A stretch of 64,000 bases of DNA, taken from Bacteroidota bacterium. GTDB lineage: Bacteria > Bacteroidota > Bacteroidia > Bacteroidales > FEN-979. Both the position numbers and the translations under genes were made by a program. This document shows, one piece after another, positions 29,906-40,640 of the stretch (its first letter is position 1; each line of letters begins with the position of its first letter). Where the stretch lies: assembly GCA_037133475.1 (NCBI GenBank), contig JBAXOB010000022.1, forward strand, positions 571 through 64,570. Reading direction: 5' to 3'. The notes beneath the pieces were generated by a model. It did no database searches. It had not been told where the DNA came from and worked only from the letters and a program-made list of their open reading frames with translations.

Positions 29906-30514
29906 CTATAGCGCCGTAAACTCTGTTTTTACCGTGATGTACCCGGGATAGGTGATCTTCATCCCGGCAACATAGATAGTAGGTTTCAGTTTGACGCTGA
30001 AACGGGTGGGTTGCTTCCCGACTCCCGCAAGATTCGAGCAGAAATTAACCATGGCATTGGCTGGTTTCCCCGAAAGCACCTGTTTCAGGTCAACGTTCAC
30101 CTGCACCGGGACCGTCTGCACACCCATCGGCGGGATGATAAACGGCTGTTCCACCACCCCATCGGTCATCCTGATATCATCGATAAACAAAATCCATTCG
30201 ATCCTGTTGAGGCCCGCTTCACTGTTATTCGGATTATGACCCTCCACGTCAACCTGGAGGGTCAGCGGGAAGACCGGCCCCGTAAGCCCCGCCATGACAT
30301 GGGCGGCATCCATGAAATTCAGGTCATTCACCGATTTCACATTATCAAAATCAATCCCGGCGAGTTTCACATGTTCAACCTGGCGGATCCTGAATTCACA
30401 TTTGGCAAGGTTCGACGCCCGTTTTGCCTGCCGGGTCACATCGCAGCCGGTAAATGACTGGGCCGCCAGGCAACCCAGGATGATGACCGGAATCAGGGTT
30501 CTGAAAGTTTTCAT
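29906..30514 (-). CDS. Lipoprotein, possibly LEA type 2 / LEA14-like fold
   Basis: The lipobox is ILGCLAAQSFTGC and the remainder is beta-rich. The family assignment is by eye only. The start codon is 9 nt after the carB stop. Confidence 0.45.
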   Translation of the reverse strand: MKTFRTLIPVIILGCLAAQSFTGCDVTRQAKRASNLAKCEFRIRQVEHVKLAGIDFDNVKSVNDLNFMDAAHVMAGLTGPVFPLTLQVDVEGHNPNNSEAGLNRIEWILFIDDIRMTDGVVEQPFIIPPMGVQTVPVQVNVDLKQVLSGKPANAMVNFCSNLAGVGKQPTRFSVKLKPTIYVAGMKITYPGYITVKTEFTAL

Positions 30515-30523
30515 ATTCGAAGG

Positions 30524-33500
30524 TTAATATTCATTCCAGCTTTTTATCTCCATTTCCCCCGGTTTAATTTTACAGAATGCCATGATGAAGGCGGCGGCCA
30601 GGTTGGGATTGGTGATGAGCGGTATGTTGAAATCGACGGCCGACCGCCGGATGGAATAATCGTTATCGAGTTCATGTTTTGAAAGGTTCTTCGGGATATT
30701 CACCACCAGGTCGATCTTCCTGTTGCGGAGGTATTCGAGCACGTTGGGGTCGGCCTCCTCATCGGGCCAGTGCAGCACGGTGGAGGGGATGGAGTTGGCA
30801 GTTAGGAAATCAGCGGTTCCGGGGGTTGCGAAGATGGCATAGCCGTTTTCGTGAAGCTGGTGGCAGCATTGCAACAGGATTGTCTTCGATTTGGTTGGGC
30901 CGGAGGATATCATGATATTTTTCTCCGGGATCCGGTAACCTACCGAAAGCATCGCCTTGAGGATCGCTTCGTAAAAGGAGTCGCCGATGCATCCCACCTC
31001 CCCGGTCGAAGCCATGTCGACCCCCAGCACCGGGTCGGCCTTCTGGAGCCGCGAGAAGGAAAACTGCGGCGCCTTGATGCCGATATAATCTATGTCGAAC
31101 ATCGACTTGTCGGGTTTGGTGAAGGGAATATCGAGCATCACCCGGGTGGCAATATCGATAAAGTTGATCTTCAGCACCTTCGACACAAACGGAAAACTGC
31201 GCGAAGCCCTCAGGTTGCACTCGATGACCTTGATATCGTTGTCCCTGGCGAGGAACTGGATATTGAAAGGCCCTGAAATATTGAGGGATCGTGAGATCTC
31301 CCGCGTGATCCGCTTGATCTTACGGATGGTCTCCACATAGATTTTCTGTGGAGGGAAAACGATGGTGGCATCACCCGAATGGACTCCTGCAAATTCGACA
31401 TGTTCCGAAATGGCGTAGGCCACGATCTCCCCCTGCTTTGCCACGGCATCGATCTCGATCTCCTTGGCCTCCTGGATGAATTCGGAAACCACCACGGGGT
31501 GTTCCTTTGAGACATTGGCAGCAAGGGTGAGAAAATACTCCAGCTCGCTGTTGTTCGACACCACATTCATGGCGGCCCCCGAGAGCACGTACGACGGGCG
31601 TATCAGCAGCGGGAAGCCGACCTGGGCGGCAAAATCGTAGATCTCGCCAAGGCTGCTCATCTCCCTCCACCTCGGCTGATCGATATCCAGCTCATCGAGC
31701 ATCGAGGAAAATTTGTGGCGGTCCTCCGCGTTGTCGATGGAGACGGGTGAGGTACCCAGGATCGGCACCTGCTGGTCGTACAGGCGCATCGCCAGGTTAT
31801 TCGGGATCTGGCCTCCCATGGAGACCACGACCCCTTTTGGATTTTCAAGCTCCACGATATCCATCACCCTTTCGAAGGAGAGTTCATCGAAATAGAGCCT
31901 GTCGCAAACATCATAATCGGTACTGACCGTTTCGGGGTTGTAATTGATCATCACCGAGCGGAAACCTGCCGCCTTCACGGTGTTGAGGGTATTCACGCTG
32001 CACCAGTCGAATTCTACGGAGCTGCCGATACGGTAGGCCCCCGATCCCAGTACGATCACCGACATATGGTCTTCGGGGAAGGTAACATCGTGTTCATCTC
32101 CTGCGTAGGTCAGGTAGAGGTAGTTGGTTTGGGCCGGATATTCGGCTGCCAGGGTGTCGATATTTTTCACGCAGGGTACGATACCCAGCTTTTTACGATA
32201 GGCCCTCACCAGCAGCATGTCGTGCCCGGCATCGCTATTCTCCTGTTTTCCTGCAAGCCGTGCCAGCTGGAAATCGGAAAACCCGAGCCGTTTGGATTCC
32301 AGCAGGAGCCCGGCCGGTATCTCCGTGATCCCGTTGATAGCCGTAAGCAGCTGCCCTGCATTGAAAATATTTTTCAGCCTGTATAAAAACCATTTATCGA
32401 TGCGGGTGAGTTCCCATATCCTGTCGACCGTATAACCGGACGCCAGGGCCTGGGCGATGACGAAGATGCGCGTATCCGTCGGATTTACCAGCTCCTCATC
32501 GATGTTTTCAACCTGCAGCTCCTTGTTCCCGATGAACCCGTGCATTCCCTGCCCGATCATCCGGAGCCCCTTCTGGATCGCCTCTTCAAAGGTCCGGCCG
32601 ATCGACATGATCTCCCCGACGCTCTTCATGCTCGAGCCGATTTGCTTGGAGACCCCTGTGAATTTGCTAAGGTCCCATCTCGGGATCTTGCAGACGATAT
32701 AGTCGAGCGACGGTTCGAAGCAGGCTGTGGTCACCCTGGTCACCGAATTCTTCAGTTCGTGCAGCCCATAGCCAAGGGCCAGTTTTGCCGCCACGAACGC
32801 CAGGGGGTAGCCGGTGGCCTTGGAGGCCAGCGCCGACGACCGCGACAGGCGAGCATTCACCTCGATGATGCGGTATTCCTCCGACCCGGGATTCAGCGCG
32901 TACTGGATGTTGCATTCACCGATGATCCCCAGGTGGCGGATCACCCTGATGGAAAGTTCGCGGAGCTTGTAATACTCGCGGTTGGTAAGGGTCTGGGAGG
33001 GGGCCACCACGATACTTTCGCCGGTATGGATGCCGAGCGGATCGAAGTTCTCCATGTTGCAAACCGTGATGCAGTTGTCGTACCGGTCGCGCACCACCTC
33101 GTATTCGATCTCCTTCCACCCCTTCAGCGACTCCTCCACCAGGATCTGCCCGGAATAGGAAAACGCGTTGGCAGCCAGCAGGTCAAGTTCGGCTTCGTTG
33201 GCGCAAAAACCGCTCCCCTGCCCGCCCAGCGTATAGGCAGCACGGATGATCAGCGGGAAACCGATCTCCCGCGCGGCAACCCGTGCCGCCTCCAGGTTGG
33301 TTACCGCAATACTCCTGGGAGTCCCGGCGTCGATATCGTGCAGCATCTTTGAAAAGAGCTCCCGGTCCTCGGTCAGGATGATGGTCTCCACGGGGGTGCC
33401 CAGCACCTTCACCTGGTATTTCTCCAGGATTCCCGATGTATAGAGCGCAACCCCGCAATTTAGAGCCGTTTGGCCGCCAAAGGCAAGCAGGATCCCGTCG

Positions 33501-33742
33501 GGACGTTCCTTTTCGATCACCTTCTCCACGAACTGCGGCGTTACCGGGAGAAAATAGACGATATCGGCAACCTCCTCCGAGGTTTGAATGGTGGCAATGT
33601 TGGGATTGATCAGGACCGTGCAGATCCCCTCCTCCTTCAGGGCTTTCAGCGCCTGGGACCCGGAATAGTCGAATTCGCCGGCCTCCCCGATCTTGAGCGC
33701 CCCTGATCCCAGCACCAATACCTTTTTAATTTCCTGGATCAT
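30524..33742 (-). CDS. carB: Carbamoyl-phosphate synthase large subunit
   Basis: It is 1072 aa with duplicated ATP-grasp halves. The N-terminus is [22 protein letters not shown] and the second half begins [20 protein letters not shown]. Confidence 0.96.
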   Translation of the reverse strand: MIQEIKKVLVLGSGALKIGEAGEFDYSGSQALKALKEEGICTVLINPNIATIQTSEEVADIVYFLPVTPQFVEKVIEKERPDGILLAFGGQTALNCGVALYTSGILEKYQVKVLGTPVETIILTEDRELFSKMLHDIDAGTPRSIAVTNLEAARVAAREIGFPLIIRAAYTLGGQGSGFCANEAELDLLAANAFSYSGQILVEESLKGWKEIEYEVVRDRYDNCITVCNMENFDPLGIHTGESIVVAPSQTLTNREYYKLRELSIRVIRHLGIIGECNIQYALNPGSEEYRIIEVNARLSRSSALASKATGYPLAFVAAKLALGYGLHELKNSVTRVTTACFEPSLDYIVCKIPRWDLSKFTGVSKQIGSSMKSVGEIMSIGRTFEEAIQKGLRMIGQGMHGFIGNKELQVENIDEELVNPTDTRIFVIAQALASGYTVDRIWELTRIDKWFLYRLKNIFNAGQLLTAINGITEIPAGLLLESKRLGFSDFQLARLAGKQENSDAGHDMLLVRAYRKKLGIVPCVKNIDTLAAEYPAQTNYLYLTYAGDEHDVTFPEDHMSVIVLGSGAYRIGSSVEFDWCSVNTLNTVKAAGFRSVMINYNPETVSTDYDVCDRLYFDELSFERVMDIVELENPKGVVVSMGGQIPNNLAMRLYDQQVPILGTSPVSIDNAEDRHKFSSMLDELDIDQPRWREMSSLGEIYDFAAQVGFPLLIRPSYVLSGAAMNVVSNNSELEYFLTLAANVSKEHPVVVSEFIQEAKEIEIDAVAKQGEIVAYAISEHVEFAGVHSGDATIVFPPQKIYVETIRKIKRITREISRSLNISGPFNIQFLARDNDIKVIECNLRASRSFPFVSKVLKINFIDIATRVMLDIPFTKPDKSMFDIDYIGIKAPQFSFSRLQKADPVLGVDMASTGEVGCIGDSFYEAILKAMLSVGYRIPEKNIMISSGPTKSKTILLQCCHQLHENGYAIFATPGTADFLTANSIPSTVLHWPDEEADPNVLEYLRNRKIDLVVNIPKNLSKHELDNDYSIRRSAVDFNIPLITNPNLAAAFIMAFCKIKPGEMEIKSWNEY

Positions 33743-33748
33743 AGGCGA

Positions 33749-34819
33749 TCAGAGTTTAGATTGGTTGACCATATGGATAAAATCGTTGAATAAAAACCGG
33801 GTGTCGGTCGGCCCGCCGGAGGCCTCCGGGTGAAACTGCGTGGAGAAAAAGGGTTTCGCCTTGTGGCGGATCCCTTCATTGGTCTGGTCGTTGAGGTTGA
33901 TGAACATAGGCTCCCAATCACCGCCCAGGGTTTTGTCATCAACCGCGTAGCCATGGTTTTGGGAGGTGATGAAGGCCCGGTTGGTGCCCAGCCGCAACAC
34001 CGGCTGGTTGTAGCCCCTGTGCCCATATTTCAGCTTGTAGGTTTTTGCGCCGCCGGCCATGGCCAGCAGCTGGTTTCCCAGGCAGATGCCGAAAATGGGT
34101 CTCTCCTGCAAAATGGCCTTTTTCAGGTGACCGATGGTTTCGCTGCATTGCTGCGGGTCGCCGGGGCCGTTCGAGATTACCAGGCCGTCATAATCCTCCG
34201 CCGTAAAATCATAATTCCATGGAACCCTGATCACCGTTGCGTCAAGATCAAGCAGGCAGCGGATGATGTTGTTTTTCACGCCGCAGTCAACCAGCATGAT
34301 CCTGAGGTCGCCGCCCGGATAGATCTTCATTTGTTTTATGCTCACCTGGTCAACCAGGTTGTCGTGGGCAGGATCATAAAAATCAATTTCCGAGGGATCC
34401 TCCTGCACCAGTTTGCCGGGCATGGTACCCCGTTCGCGCAGGTGTTTCGTCAGGGCGCGGGTATCGATCCCGCAAATCCCGGGCACATCATGCTCGCTGA
34501 GCCAGTCGGAGAGACTTTCCAGGGCATTCCAGTGGCTGTATTCGTTGGAATATCCTGCTACCGCCAGGCCGGTGATGTGAACATGGTCCGATTCGAAGTA
34601 CTTCGACAGCTCCTCCCGGATGACCATTCCCGGGACTCCGTAATTCCCGATCAGCGGGTAGGTCAGCACCAGTATCTGGCCTTTGTAGGAGGGGTCGGTA
34701 AGGCTTTCGGGATAGCCGGTCATGGCGGTATTAAATACCACCTCCCCGGCAACGGCCCTTTTCGCCCCGAAGGAACGGCCCTCAAACCGGGTTCCGTCAC
34801 CCAATATCAGTTGCGGCAT
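33749..34819 (-). CDS. carA: Carbamoyl-phosphate synthase small (glutamine amidotransferase) subunit
   Basis: LILGDGTRFEGRSFGA is present, with the GATase nucleophile region PIFGICLGNQLLA and HRGYNQPV. Confidence 0.95.
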   Translation of the reverse strand: MPQLILGDGTRFEGRSFGAKRAVAGEVVFNTAMTGYPESLTDPSYKGQILVLTYPLIGNYGVPGMVIREELSKYFESDHVHITGLAVAGYSNEYSHWNALESLSDWLSEHDVPGICGIDTRALTKHLRERGTMPGKLVQEDPSEIDFYDPAHDNLVDQVSIKQMKIYPGGDLRIMLVDCGVKNNIIRCLLDLDATVIRVPWNYDFTAEDYDGLVISNGPGDPQQCSETIGHLKKAILQERPIFGICLGNQLLAMAGGAKTYKLKYGHRGYNQPVLRLGTNRAFITSQNHGYAVDDKTLGGDWEPMFINLNDQTNEGIRHKAKPFFSTQFHPEASGGPTDTRFLFNDFIHMVNQSKL

Positions 34820-34918
34820 GCATGCAGATTTTAGCAGGTTTCAGTTTGCAAAATTACATCAATGCATCCTTCATCTGCCCGTTTGCCAAACCAAGTTATG
34901 ACAAGTTATTAAAAACTG

Positions 34919-37900
34919 TCAGAGACGGACGAGGATGAACTTGGTTTCAAAGGGTCTAAACCCGATCCTGGCAGGGCTATAGGTTCCCGTAACAGATTGT
35001 TGAAGCGGCCATACAACGCGTGCCATCTCCTCCAGCACATTCACCTCCGCGACAGATTTTGCCCTGGTCGCCTGGGCCAGGGTCCCTCCCGACGACGCGG
35101 CATCCCATACAGTTAACGAGTCGGCCTTCCCGGAGGTTTCGCGTACCTGCAGCACAACACCTCCCCCATCGGCCGAGGGCCGGGCGGATACCAGCACGAG
35201 GCTGCCGTTGTTCCCGGCGAAAAAGGAATCCGGTAAATGTGATGTATCGGGCTTTGCCGATGCAGGAAATACCCTGTTGAGGAGGGGCACCCTGTTTTCC
35301 ATCCCGAAGCGGGCAGCCAGGGTGTTGGAGGGATCGGCGCCGGAGGTGACCTGGTAGCTCCATTTCAGCTCACCCTCCTGGCTTGCCAGGAAGTTGGTGG
35401 TCCAGTAGTTGTTCAGCACCCATGAAAAGATTGCCCCGGAGGCAGGATAGGGCTTCGTCCCTCCCGCAGCGGCAGGGGGTTCGGGCGTGCCTACCCTGGC
35501 AAACTTCCCGAGGTTCAGGTCACCAAGCTGCACCAGGGGGATCTCGGGGGAGACAAATACAATCTGGCCGCTGTCGCTGCGCAGTGAAACATAGTCCTGG
35601 ATCCCGTTCCAGTCGGAGGCGGAACCCGCGATCTGCTCTTTTCCTGCAACCATCGTCCCACCGGAAACCTCCACCACATGATGGCTGTTGGGAAGGGTGA
35701 AGGGAAATGCAATATAAACACCTTCGGGATCGGTCACGGCTAGCTTTTTCATGGAATAGCAGAATTCGACCCTCTTTTCATTGTTGTAGAGCCTGATTTC
35801 ACAACGGATACCCGGTTCGCCGGCACATCCGGCCACCTGCCCTGTCAGCAGGATACTCTGCCACACCTGACCCTTCGTATAACTGCCAACCCGAACATCG
35901 TTCCATGTTTTGCGCGTGAACTCGTCCAGTTTGTACTGTTCCAGCTGGCCCCTGTTTTTGCCGAGCCGCTCATAGATGAATTCACCGGGAGAGTACACAG
36001 CACCGCGATCGGTGAGTTCCCGGTGCCAGGCCTTGTCATAAAACCGGGTGATTTTGCCCGATTTCACATCTATCTCCAGGCGGTAATAGTTGTTTTCAAA
36101 AATCCCCGAAAAGGAGGCTGATCCAGCCCCACTTTCCGCTGCGACTGTGGAAGACGCGATAGCCGACAGATTGGCTGCGGTTTCAGATTCAATACGGTAG
36201 GTGGCATATCCCAGCGGCGGAACATCCTGCACCTCCATCATCCAGTAGGTTCCCTCCTCGCGCGACGCAACCGGTTGCACCTTTACCTCCTGCCCGCCCC
36301 GGTCAACGATCCTGAATTTTTTGTCAGCGGGCAGGATCTGGTGGTCGATATAGACCAATGTGCTGCCCGACCGCCGCCAGTTCAGGGTATTGAACAGGGT
36401 GATGACCGGCACTGCAGCTTTTGGCAGCAACGGTTGAACCCGGCCCATCACCTCTTCGCGGAGGATCCTGTTTTTCTTGACGGCGCTCCATACGAACGAT
36501 TCTTTCTCGCCCAGCTGAACCACGCTGTTTTCACAGAGCGGGTCGGTAATGCTTTCGGCGGCGCCGAAGGTATGTTCATCATAAAAGGCAAGGTCGTCGC
36601 CGATCTGCTGCTGCAACTCCCTGATATGCTCATTGGGTTTGATCCCCATGATGGCGGAAATGGCCATCAGCCCCTGGTTGGCAATACAGTCGGAATGGGC
36701 CGACCGGGCATAGGCCGTTTGGATGGCTGCCGACCCGAAGCCATCCATCCACCAGTCGGGCCAGGCACCCCTGACAACGGGCAGCTCGCCCGGATGATCC
36801 GATTTCATGATCTTCAGGAATTCGGAAATGGTGGCAAGCCGCAGCCGCGGCCAGGCATAGGTCTTGTTCCACTCCTCCACCAGCTTGCAGGCGGTGGTCG
36901 AGGGGGGTGAATTATCGGTCAGGTAGCCGCTGAACTGGATGGCATACTCGCTGAAGGGATAACCCTTGCCGGAGATCTCCTGCAGGTGACGGAACAAGGC
37001 TTTTGCAAAGGTTTCGCGGGTGCTGAGTATCCCCAGGCTGTTTCCGAACATGTAATGTTCGGGCCGGTTTACCAGCAGCCTGTTTCCCGAGGGCGACTCC
37101 CACCAGAAGGTGACAGGCCTATCGAAAGGTTTGAGGGCGCGGGTGTCATTCTGCCCCATATTCAGGTATTCAACGCCTGCCCCTGAAAGGTAATCCACCA
37201 GGCACCAGGGAACCCCGTTGATATCGTCCTGCATGGCTGTTTTCACCGGGAATCCCATTGCCCTGAAGTCGCGGATGGGCTGCAGGGTTGCGGCGATGGT
37301 GGCCTCATCGGCCAGGTCGGATGAGTTCAGGAAAAGGCCGGTAAGTTCTATCCTCCCTTCGGCCACCCTGCGTTTCAGCCGTTCCACCTGGCTCGCAGGG
37401 CGGGTTTTCAGGTACTCCCTCACCGCCCAGGAAGTTTCACAGCTCCAGCGGAACCTGGCATCATCGGGCAGGGTGTCGGTCTGGTCGCAAAAATCGAGGG
37501 CATAATCGATATAACGCAGGTGATCGGGCAGGATCTCGGTTTGCGGCCGGGTGTACCCGATGTCGGTATGGGCATGCTGCACCAGGAAAATGGTGAAATG
37601 GCGAAAATCTGAGATGGTAAAGTTTTTTGTGACTGGTTGCTGCTTCCCGATCTTAACCAGCGCAGTATGCTCCCCTTGCTGAGTACTCTCCGGCAGCATC
37701 ATCCTGACCTCGTTGAAGCCCGTGAGCAGCGTAAAACGGGCGACAGGAATCCCCGCCACATCAATACTTCCCTTTACCGGGTCGCCCAGGTGTACAAACT
37801 GAAACAGCAGCGGCAGGAAATTTTCATCCTTTCCCCTGACAAGGGCCGGCTCCTGCGTGACCACCAGTTTTTCTTCAACCGCGGCTTCAAAGGTCATGTA

Positions 37901-38425
37901 CCATGAACGGCTCTCCTTCGATTCGCCGACAACCCGTATCTTCTGGGGTTTTCCCCTCTCTGTCATCGTGGCTGGCAGGTTCAGCACCGCGTATCCCATG
38001 GGATCGCCGTATTTGTCAAGCAGGGTGGTCCTGAAAAAGAGGGAGGCCCCGCCCCTCCCCTCCACCCGCCAGGGCTTCATCTCCGACGAGAGGGGATTTG
38101 AAAAGGTAAGACAATACCGGTCATTCACATACAACCTGAATGCATGACTGTCGGTGTTGGCATCGATGCCGAACATCCAGATAAAATTGACCTGTTTGCC
38201 GGTATAATCGCCGGGCAGCATCTCCGTTTCCCATTCGATATATTGCACCGAATCGATGGAACGCAACAGCAGCGAGGAGGTCACATCGGGCTGTGGCGAA
38301 TGATACTGGAAACCGCCGCCTTTGACTGTTTTCGTGTATCCCTTGAAAAATCCGGCAGGCAGGTCAGGCTGTGCAAAAATCAAAACAGGCGACAGGAACA
38401 GGATGGCAAGGAGGATTTTTCTCAT
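34919..38425 (-). CDS. Secreted glycoside hydrolase family 38-like (alpha-mannosidase-like) protein
   Basis: It has a signal peptide. FLVQHAHTDIGYT resembles the GH38 N-terminal HxHxD metal site and AEGRIELTG resembles the following GH38 segment. The match is divergent, so family membership is not certain. Confidence 0.5.
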   Translation of the reverse strand: MRKILLAILFLSPVLIFAQPDLPAGFFKGYTKTVKGGGFQYHSPQPDVTSSLLLRSIDSVQYIEWETEMLPGDYTGKQVNFIWMFGIDANTDSHAFRLYVNDRYCLTFSNPLSSEMKPWRVEGRGGASLFFRTTLLDKYGDPMGYAVLNLPATMTERGKPQKIRVVGESKESRSWYMTFEAAVEEKLVVTQEPALVRGKDENFLPLLFQFVHLGDPVKGSIDVAGIPVARFTLLTGFNEVRMMLPESTQQGEHTALVKIGKQQPVTKNFTISDFRHFTIFLVQHAHTDIGYTRPQTEILPDHLRYIDYALDFCDQTDTLPDDARFRWSCETSWAVREYLKTRPASQVERLKRRVAEGRIELTGLFLNSSDLADEATIAATLQPIRDFRAMGFPVKTAMQDDINGVPWCLVDYLSGAGVEYLNMGQNDTRALKPFDRPVTFWWESPSGNRLLVNRPEHYMFGNSLGILSTRETFAKALFRHLQEISGKGYPFSEYAIQFSGYLTDNSPPSTTACKLVEEWNKTYAWPRLRLATISEFLKIMKSDHPGELPVVRGAWPDWWMDGFGSAAIQTAYARSAHSDCIANQGLMAISAIMGIKPNEHIRELQQQIGDDLAFYDEHTFGAAESITDPLCENSVVQLGEKESFVWSAVKKNRILREEVMGRVQPLLPKAAVPVITLFNTLNWRRSGSTLVYIDHQILPADKKFRIVDRGGQEVKVQPVASREEGTYWMMEVQDVPPLGYATYRIESETAANLSAIASSTVAAESGAGSASFSGIFENNYYRLEIDVKSGKITRFYDKAWHRELTDRGAVYSPGEFIYERLGKNRGQLEQYKLDEFTRKTWNDVRVGSYTKGQVWQSILLTGQVAGCAGEPGIRCEIRLYNNEKRVEFCYSMKKLAVTDPEGVYIAFPFTLPNSHHVVEVSGGTMVAGKEQIAGSASDWNGIQDYVSLRSDSGQIVFVSPEIPLVQLGDLNLGKFARVGTPEPPAAAGGTKPYPASGAIFSWVLNNYWTTNFLASQEGELKWSYQVTSGADPSNTLAARFGMENRVPLLNRVFPASAKPDTSHLPDSFFAGNNGSLVLVSARPSADGGGVVLQVRETSGKADSLTVWDAASSGGTLAQATRAKSVAEVNVLEEMARVVWPLQQSVTGTYSPARIGFRPFETKFILVRL

Positions 38426-38485
38426 GGTTGCAGCAGATAAAAATCAATGAAGCCCGGCAAACCTCAATTCGTTGTCCAGGGCAGT

Positions 38486-40579
38486 TTAGTTAAAAAAGAG
38501 CCAGCTTTTCGGCAACACCTGTTTGGGCTGGGTCTGGCTCTTGACCGACACCACCAGGTTGTCGCTGCCGGTCCTGTCAAAATAGGCCACCCTGATCTTA
38601 TGATATCCCTTGGCAAGGGCGATGGCTCCCTGTTTCTCAGCCGAGCCATGAAGTCCGTCGTTATCGACCACAGGCTTGTCATCGATATAGAGCCTGCTGC
38701 CGTCATCCGAGCTGGTATAGAAAAACCAGACACTCGTTTCGGGGATCATCATAAAGCCTGTATAGACAAAACTGAAGTTGTCATCCTGGTTGCGGGGGGT
38801 AAAGACAAAGTCGGGAACAATGCCGTCGGCTACCGGCGTCAGCTTATGGTAATCGGGCAGACTGTCCCAGGCGCCTTCGTAGTATTTGTAGCGCAACCCG
38901 GGGTACATTGCCCGCTCCTGTTCCTGCCCTTTGATGGGGTCGGCTTTCCTGAACTCCCTGGTTAACGTCCCGCTCACGGGCTTTCCATCGCGGAAGCACC
39001 GGCCGTTGAGGGTGGTGGTGGATTTGATCGTTAAGGGCCGGGAAAAGAGGGATGAGGCTGCCACAGGCTCCTGGTTGCCCGTGGTGTAGCGGATTTCCAC
39101 ATGCTCCCGATCAGAATTCATATCGACGGACAGTGAATCGGTGAACGAGTCAAATTCGGTGGCAAAAACCGGGGGATCGGTCTGGTCGAGTTTCCCCAGC
39201 AATTCAAGGGCAACCACGCTGTTGATGGTATCGGGCGCAACTTTGGGCAGGTAGATCACCAGGGCATCCTCATTGCGTTCGGTCTTCAGGGCGGTACGTT
39301 GCGGATCGGCAAGCAGGGAGGCCTTGTCAGGGGTATTCAGTACCCCCTGCAAAACGAGTTTCCCGTCGGCCGGCCAGTCGAAAACGTGGAGGTAGAGGAT
39401 GGTTTTGTCGGCTGTGTTTTTACGTGTACAGCGTCCCCACGCCAGCTGCCTGAACGGGCTGGCCTGCGTTTCATAAACCGCTTCGCTGTTGACCTTCATC
39501 CACCGGCCGATGGCGGCCAGGCGCTCAATGCTCTCTTTCGGGAAGAGTCCTTCGGAGGTCGGCCCCACGTTCAGCAGGTAGTTCCCCCCTTTTGAGGCGA
39601 TGTCGGCCAGCATCCTGATGATCTCGCGGGTTGATTTAAATGCCTTGTCGGCCTTGTTATATCCCCAGTGATCGTTCATGGTCATGCAGGTTTCCCAGTC
39701 AACGCCGGGCAAACCCGTGGCCGGGATCTGCTGTTCGGGCGTGCCGAAATCGCCGCCAAAGGCGCCCTCTTTGGTAAGCCCCTCCATGTCGAGCCGGCCT
39801 GCGCCCACCCTGTTGTTCACCAGTAGCTTTGGCTGCAGGCTCTTCACATAATCGTAGATCTCGCGGCCATGTTTTTCATTCCAGGTACTTTCCCACTCCC
39901 CGTCGAACCACAGCACGCCGATATCGCCGTAGTTGGTAAGCAGCTCTTTCAACTCTGCCTTCATGTAGGCAACGTAGCGGTCATAGTCGGCCCCTTCGGT
40001 CGTGCGCTCCTTCTCCCATTCGCGGCGGGGCAGGTAATCGGGATGGTGCCAGTCCATGATGGAGTAGTAAAAGCAGAATTTCAGCCCGTACTTTTTACAG
40101 GCAGCCGCAAGATCCTTCATCGGGTCATGCCGGAAGGGAGTGGTCATGATGTTGAAATCGGTCTCCTTCGTGTCGAACATGCAAAACCCGTCGTGGTGTT
40201 TTGAGGTGATCACGATATATCTCATCCCGGCATCGCGGGCCATCTTCACCCAGGCGTCGGCATCGAATTTAACGGGGTTGAACCTGGTGCGGAACTGGTC
40301 ATAGTCATCGAGCGGTATCTCGGCCGAATTGCGGATCCATTCGCCGTAGCCGGTCTTGCCGTTCCATTCGCCGGCAGGAACCGCGTAAAGTCCCCAGTGG
40401 ATGAACATGCCGAAACGGGCATCACGCCACCAGGCCATGCGGGAAACGGGATCGGCCTTGCCGGCGGGACTCACCAGGGCGGGGTCAGTGGTTTTTGACT
40501 TCGTTTTGGACTGGGCACCGGCGGTTTGAAGCCCTATGGTGAAGCATAACACCAGTAATAACAGTAAACGACCCTTCAT
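38486..40579 (-). CDS. Alpha-L-fucosidase (GH29) with C-terminal PA14-like domain
   Basis: The GH29 hallmark WWRDARFGMFIHWGLYAVPA is present, with ITSKHHDGFCMFDT. The C-terminus GLRYKYYEGAWDSLPD...GSRLYIDDKPVVDNDG is PA14-like. I prefer the start at 40579 (MKGRLLLLLVL signal) over 40630. Confidence 0.88.
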   Translation of the reverse strand: MKGRLLLLLVLCFTIGLQTAGAQSKTKSKTTDPALVSPAGKADPVSRMAWWRDARFGMFIHWGLYAVPAGEWNGKTGYGEWIRNSAEIPLDDYDQFRTRFNPVKFDADAWVKMARDAGMRYIVITSKHHDGFCMFDTKETDFNIMTTPFRHDPMKDLAAACKKYGLKFCFYYSIMDWHHPDYLPRREWEKERTTEGADYDRYVAYMKAELKELLTNYGDIGVLWFDGEWESTWNEKHGREIYDYVKSLQPKLLVNNRVGAGRLDMEGLTKEGAFGGDFGTPEQQIPATGLPGVDWETCMTMNDHWGYNKADKAFKSTREIIRMLADIASKGGNYLLNVGPTSEGLFPKESIERLAAIGRWMKVNSEAVYETQASPFRQLAWGRCTRKNTADKTILYLHVFDWPADGKLVLQGVLNTPDKASLLADPQRTALKTERNEDALVIYLPKVAPDTINSVVALELLGKLDQTDPPVFATEFDSFTDSLSVDMNSDREHVEIRYTTGNQEPVAASSLFSRPLTIKSTTTLNGRCFRDGKPVSGTLTREFRKADPIKGQEQERAMYPGLRYKYYEGAWDSLPDYHKLTPVADGIVPDFVFTPRNQDDNFSFVYTGFMMIPETSVWFFYTSSDDGSRLYIDDKPVVDNDGLHGSAEKQGAIALAKGYHKIRVAYFDRTGSDNLVVSVKSQTQPKQVLPKSWLFFN

Positions 40580-40640
40580 ATGGCTAGGTTTTGGTAGATG
40601 GTTCGGGTAAGGAAGCGTAAAAATAAACAATTTTGATTCA

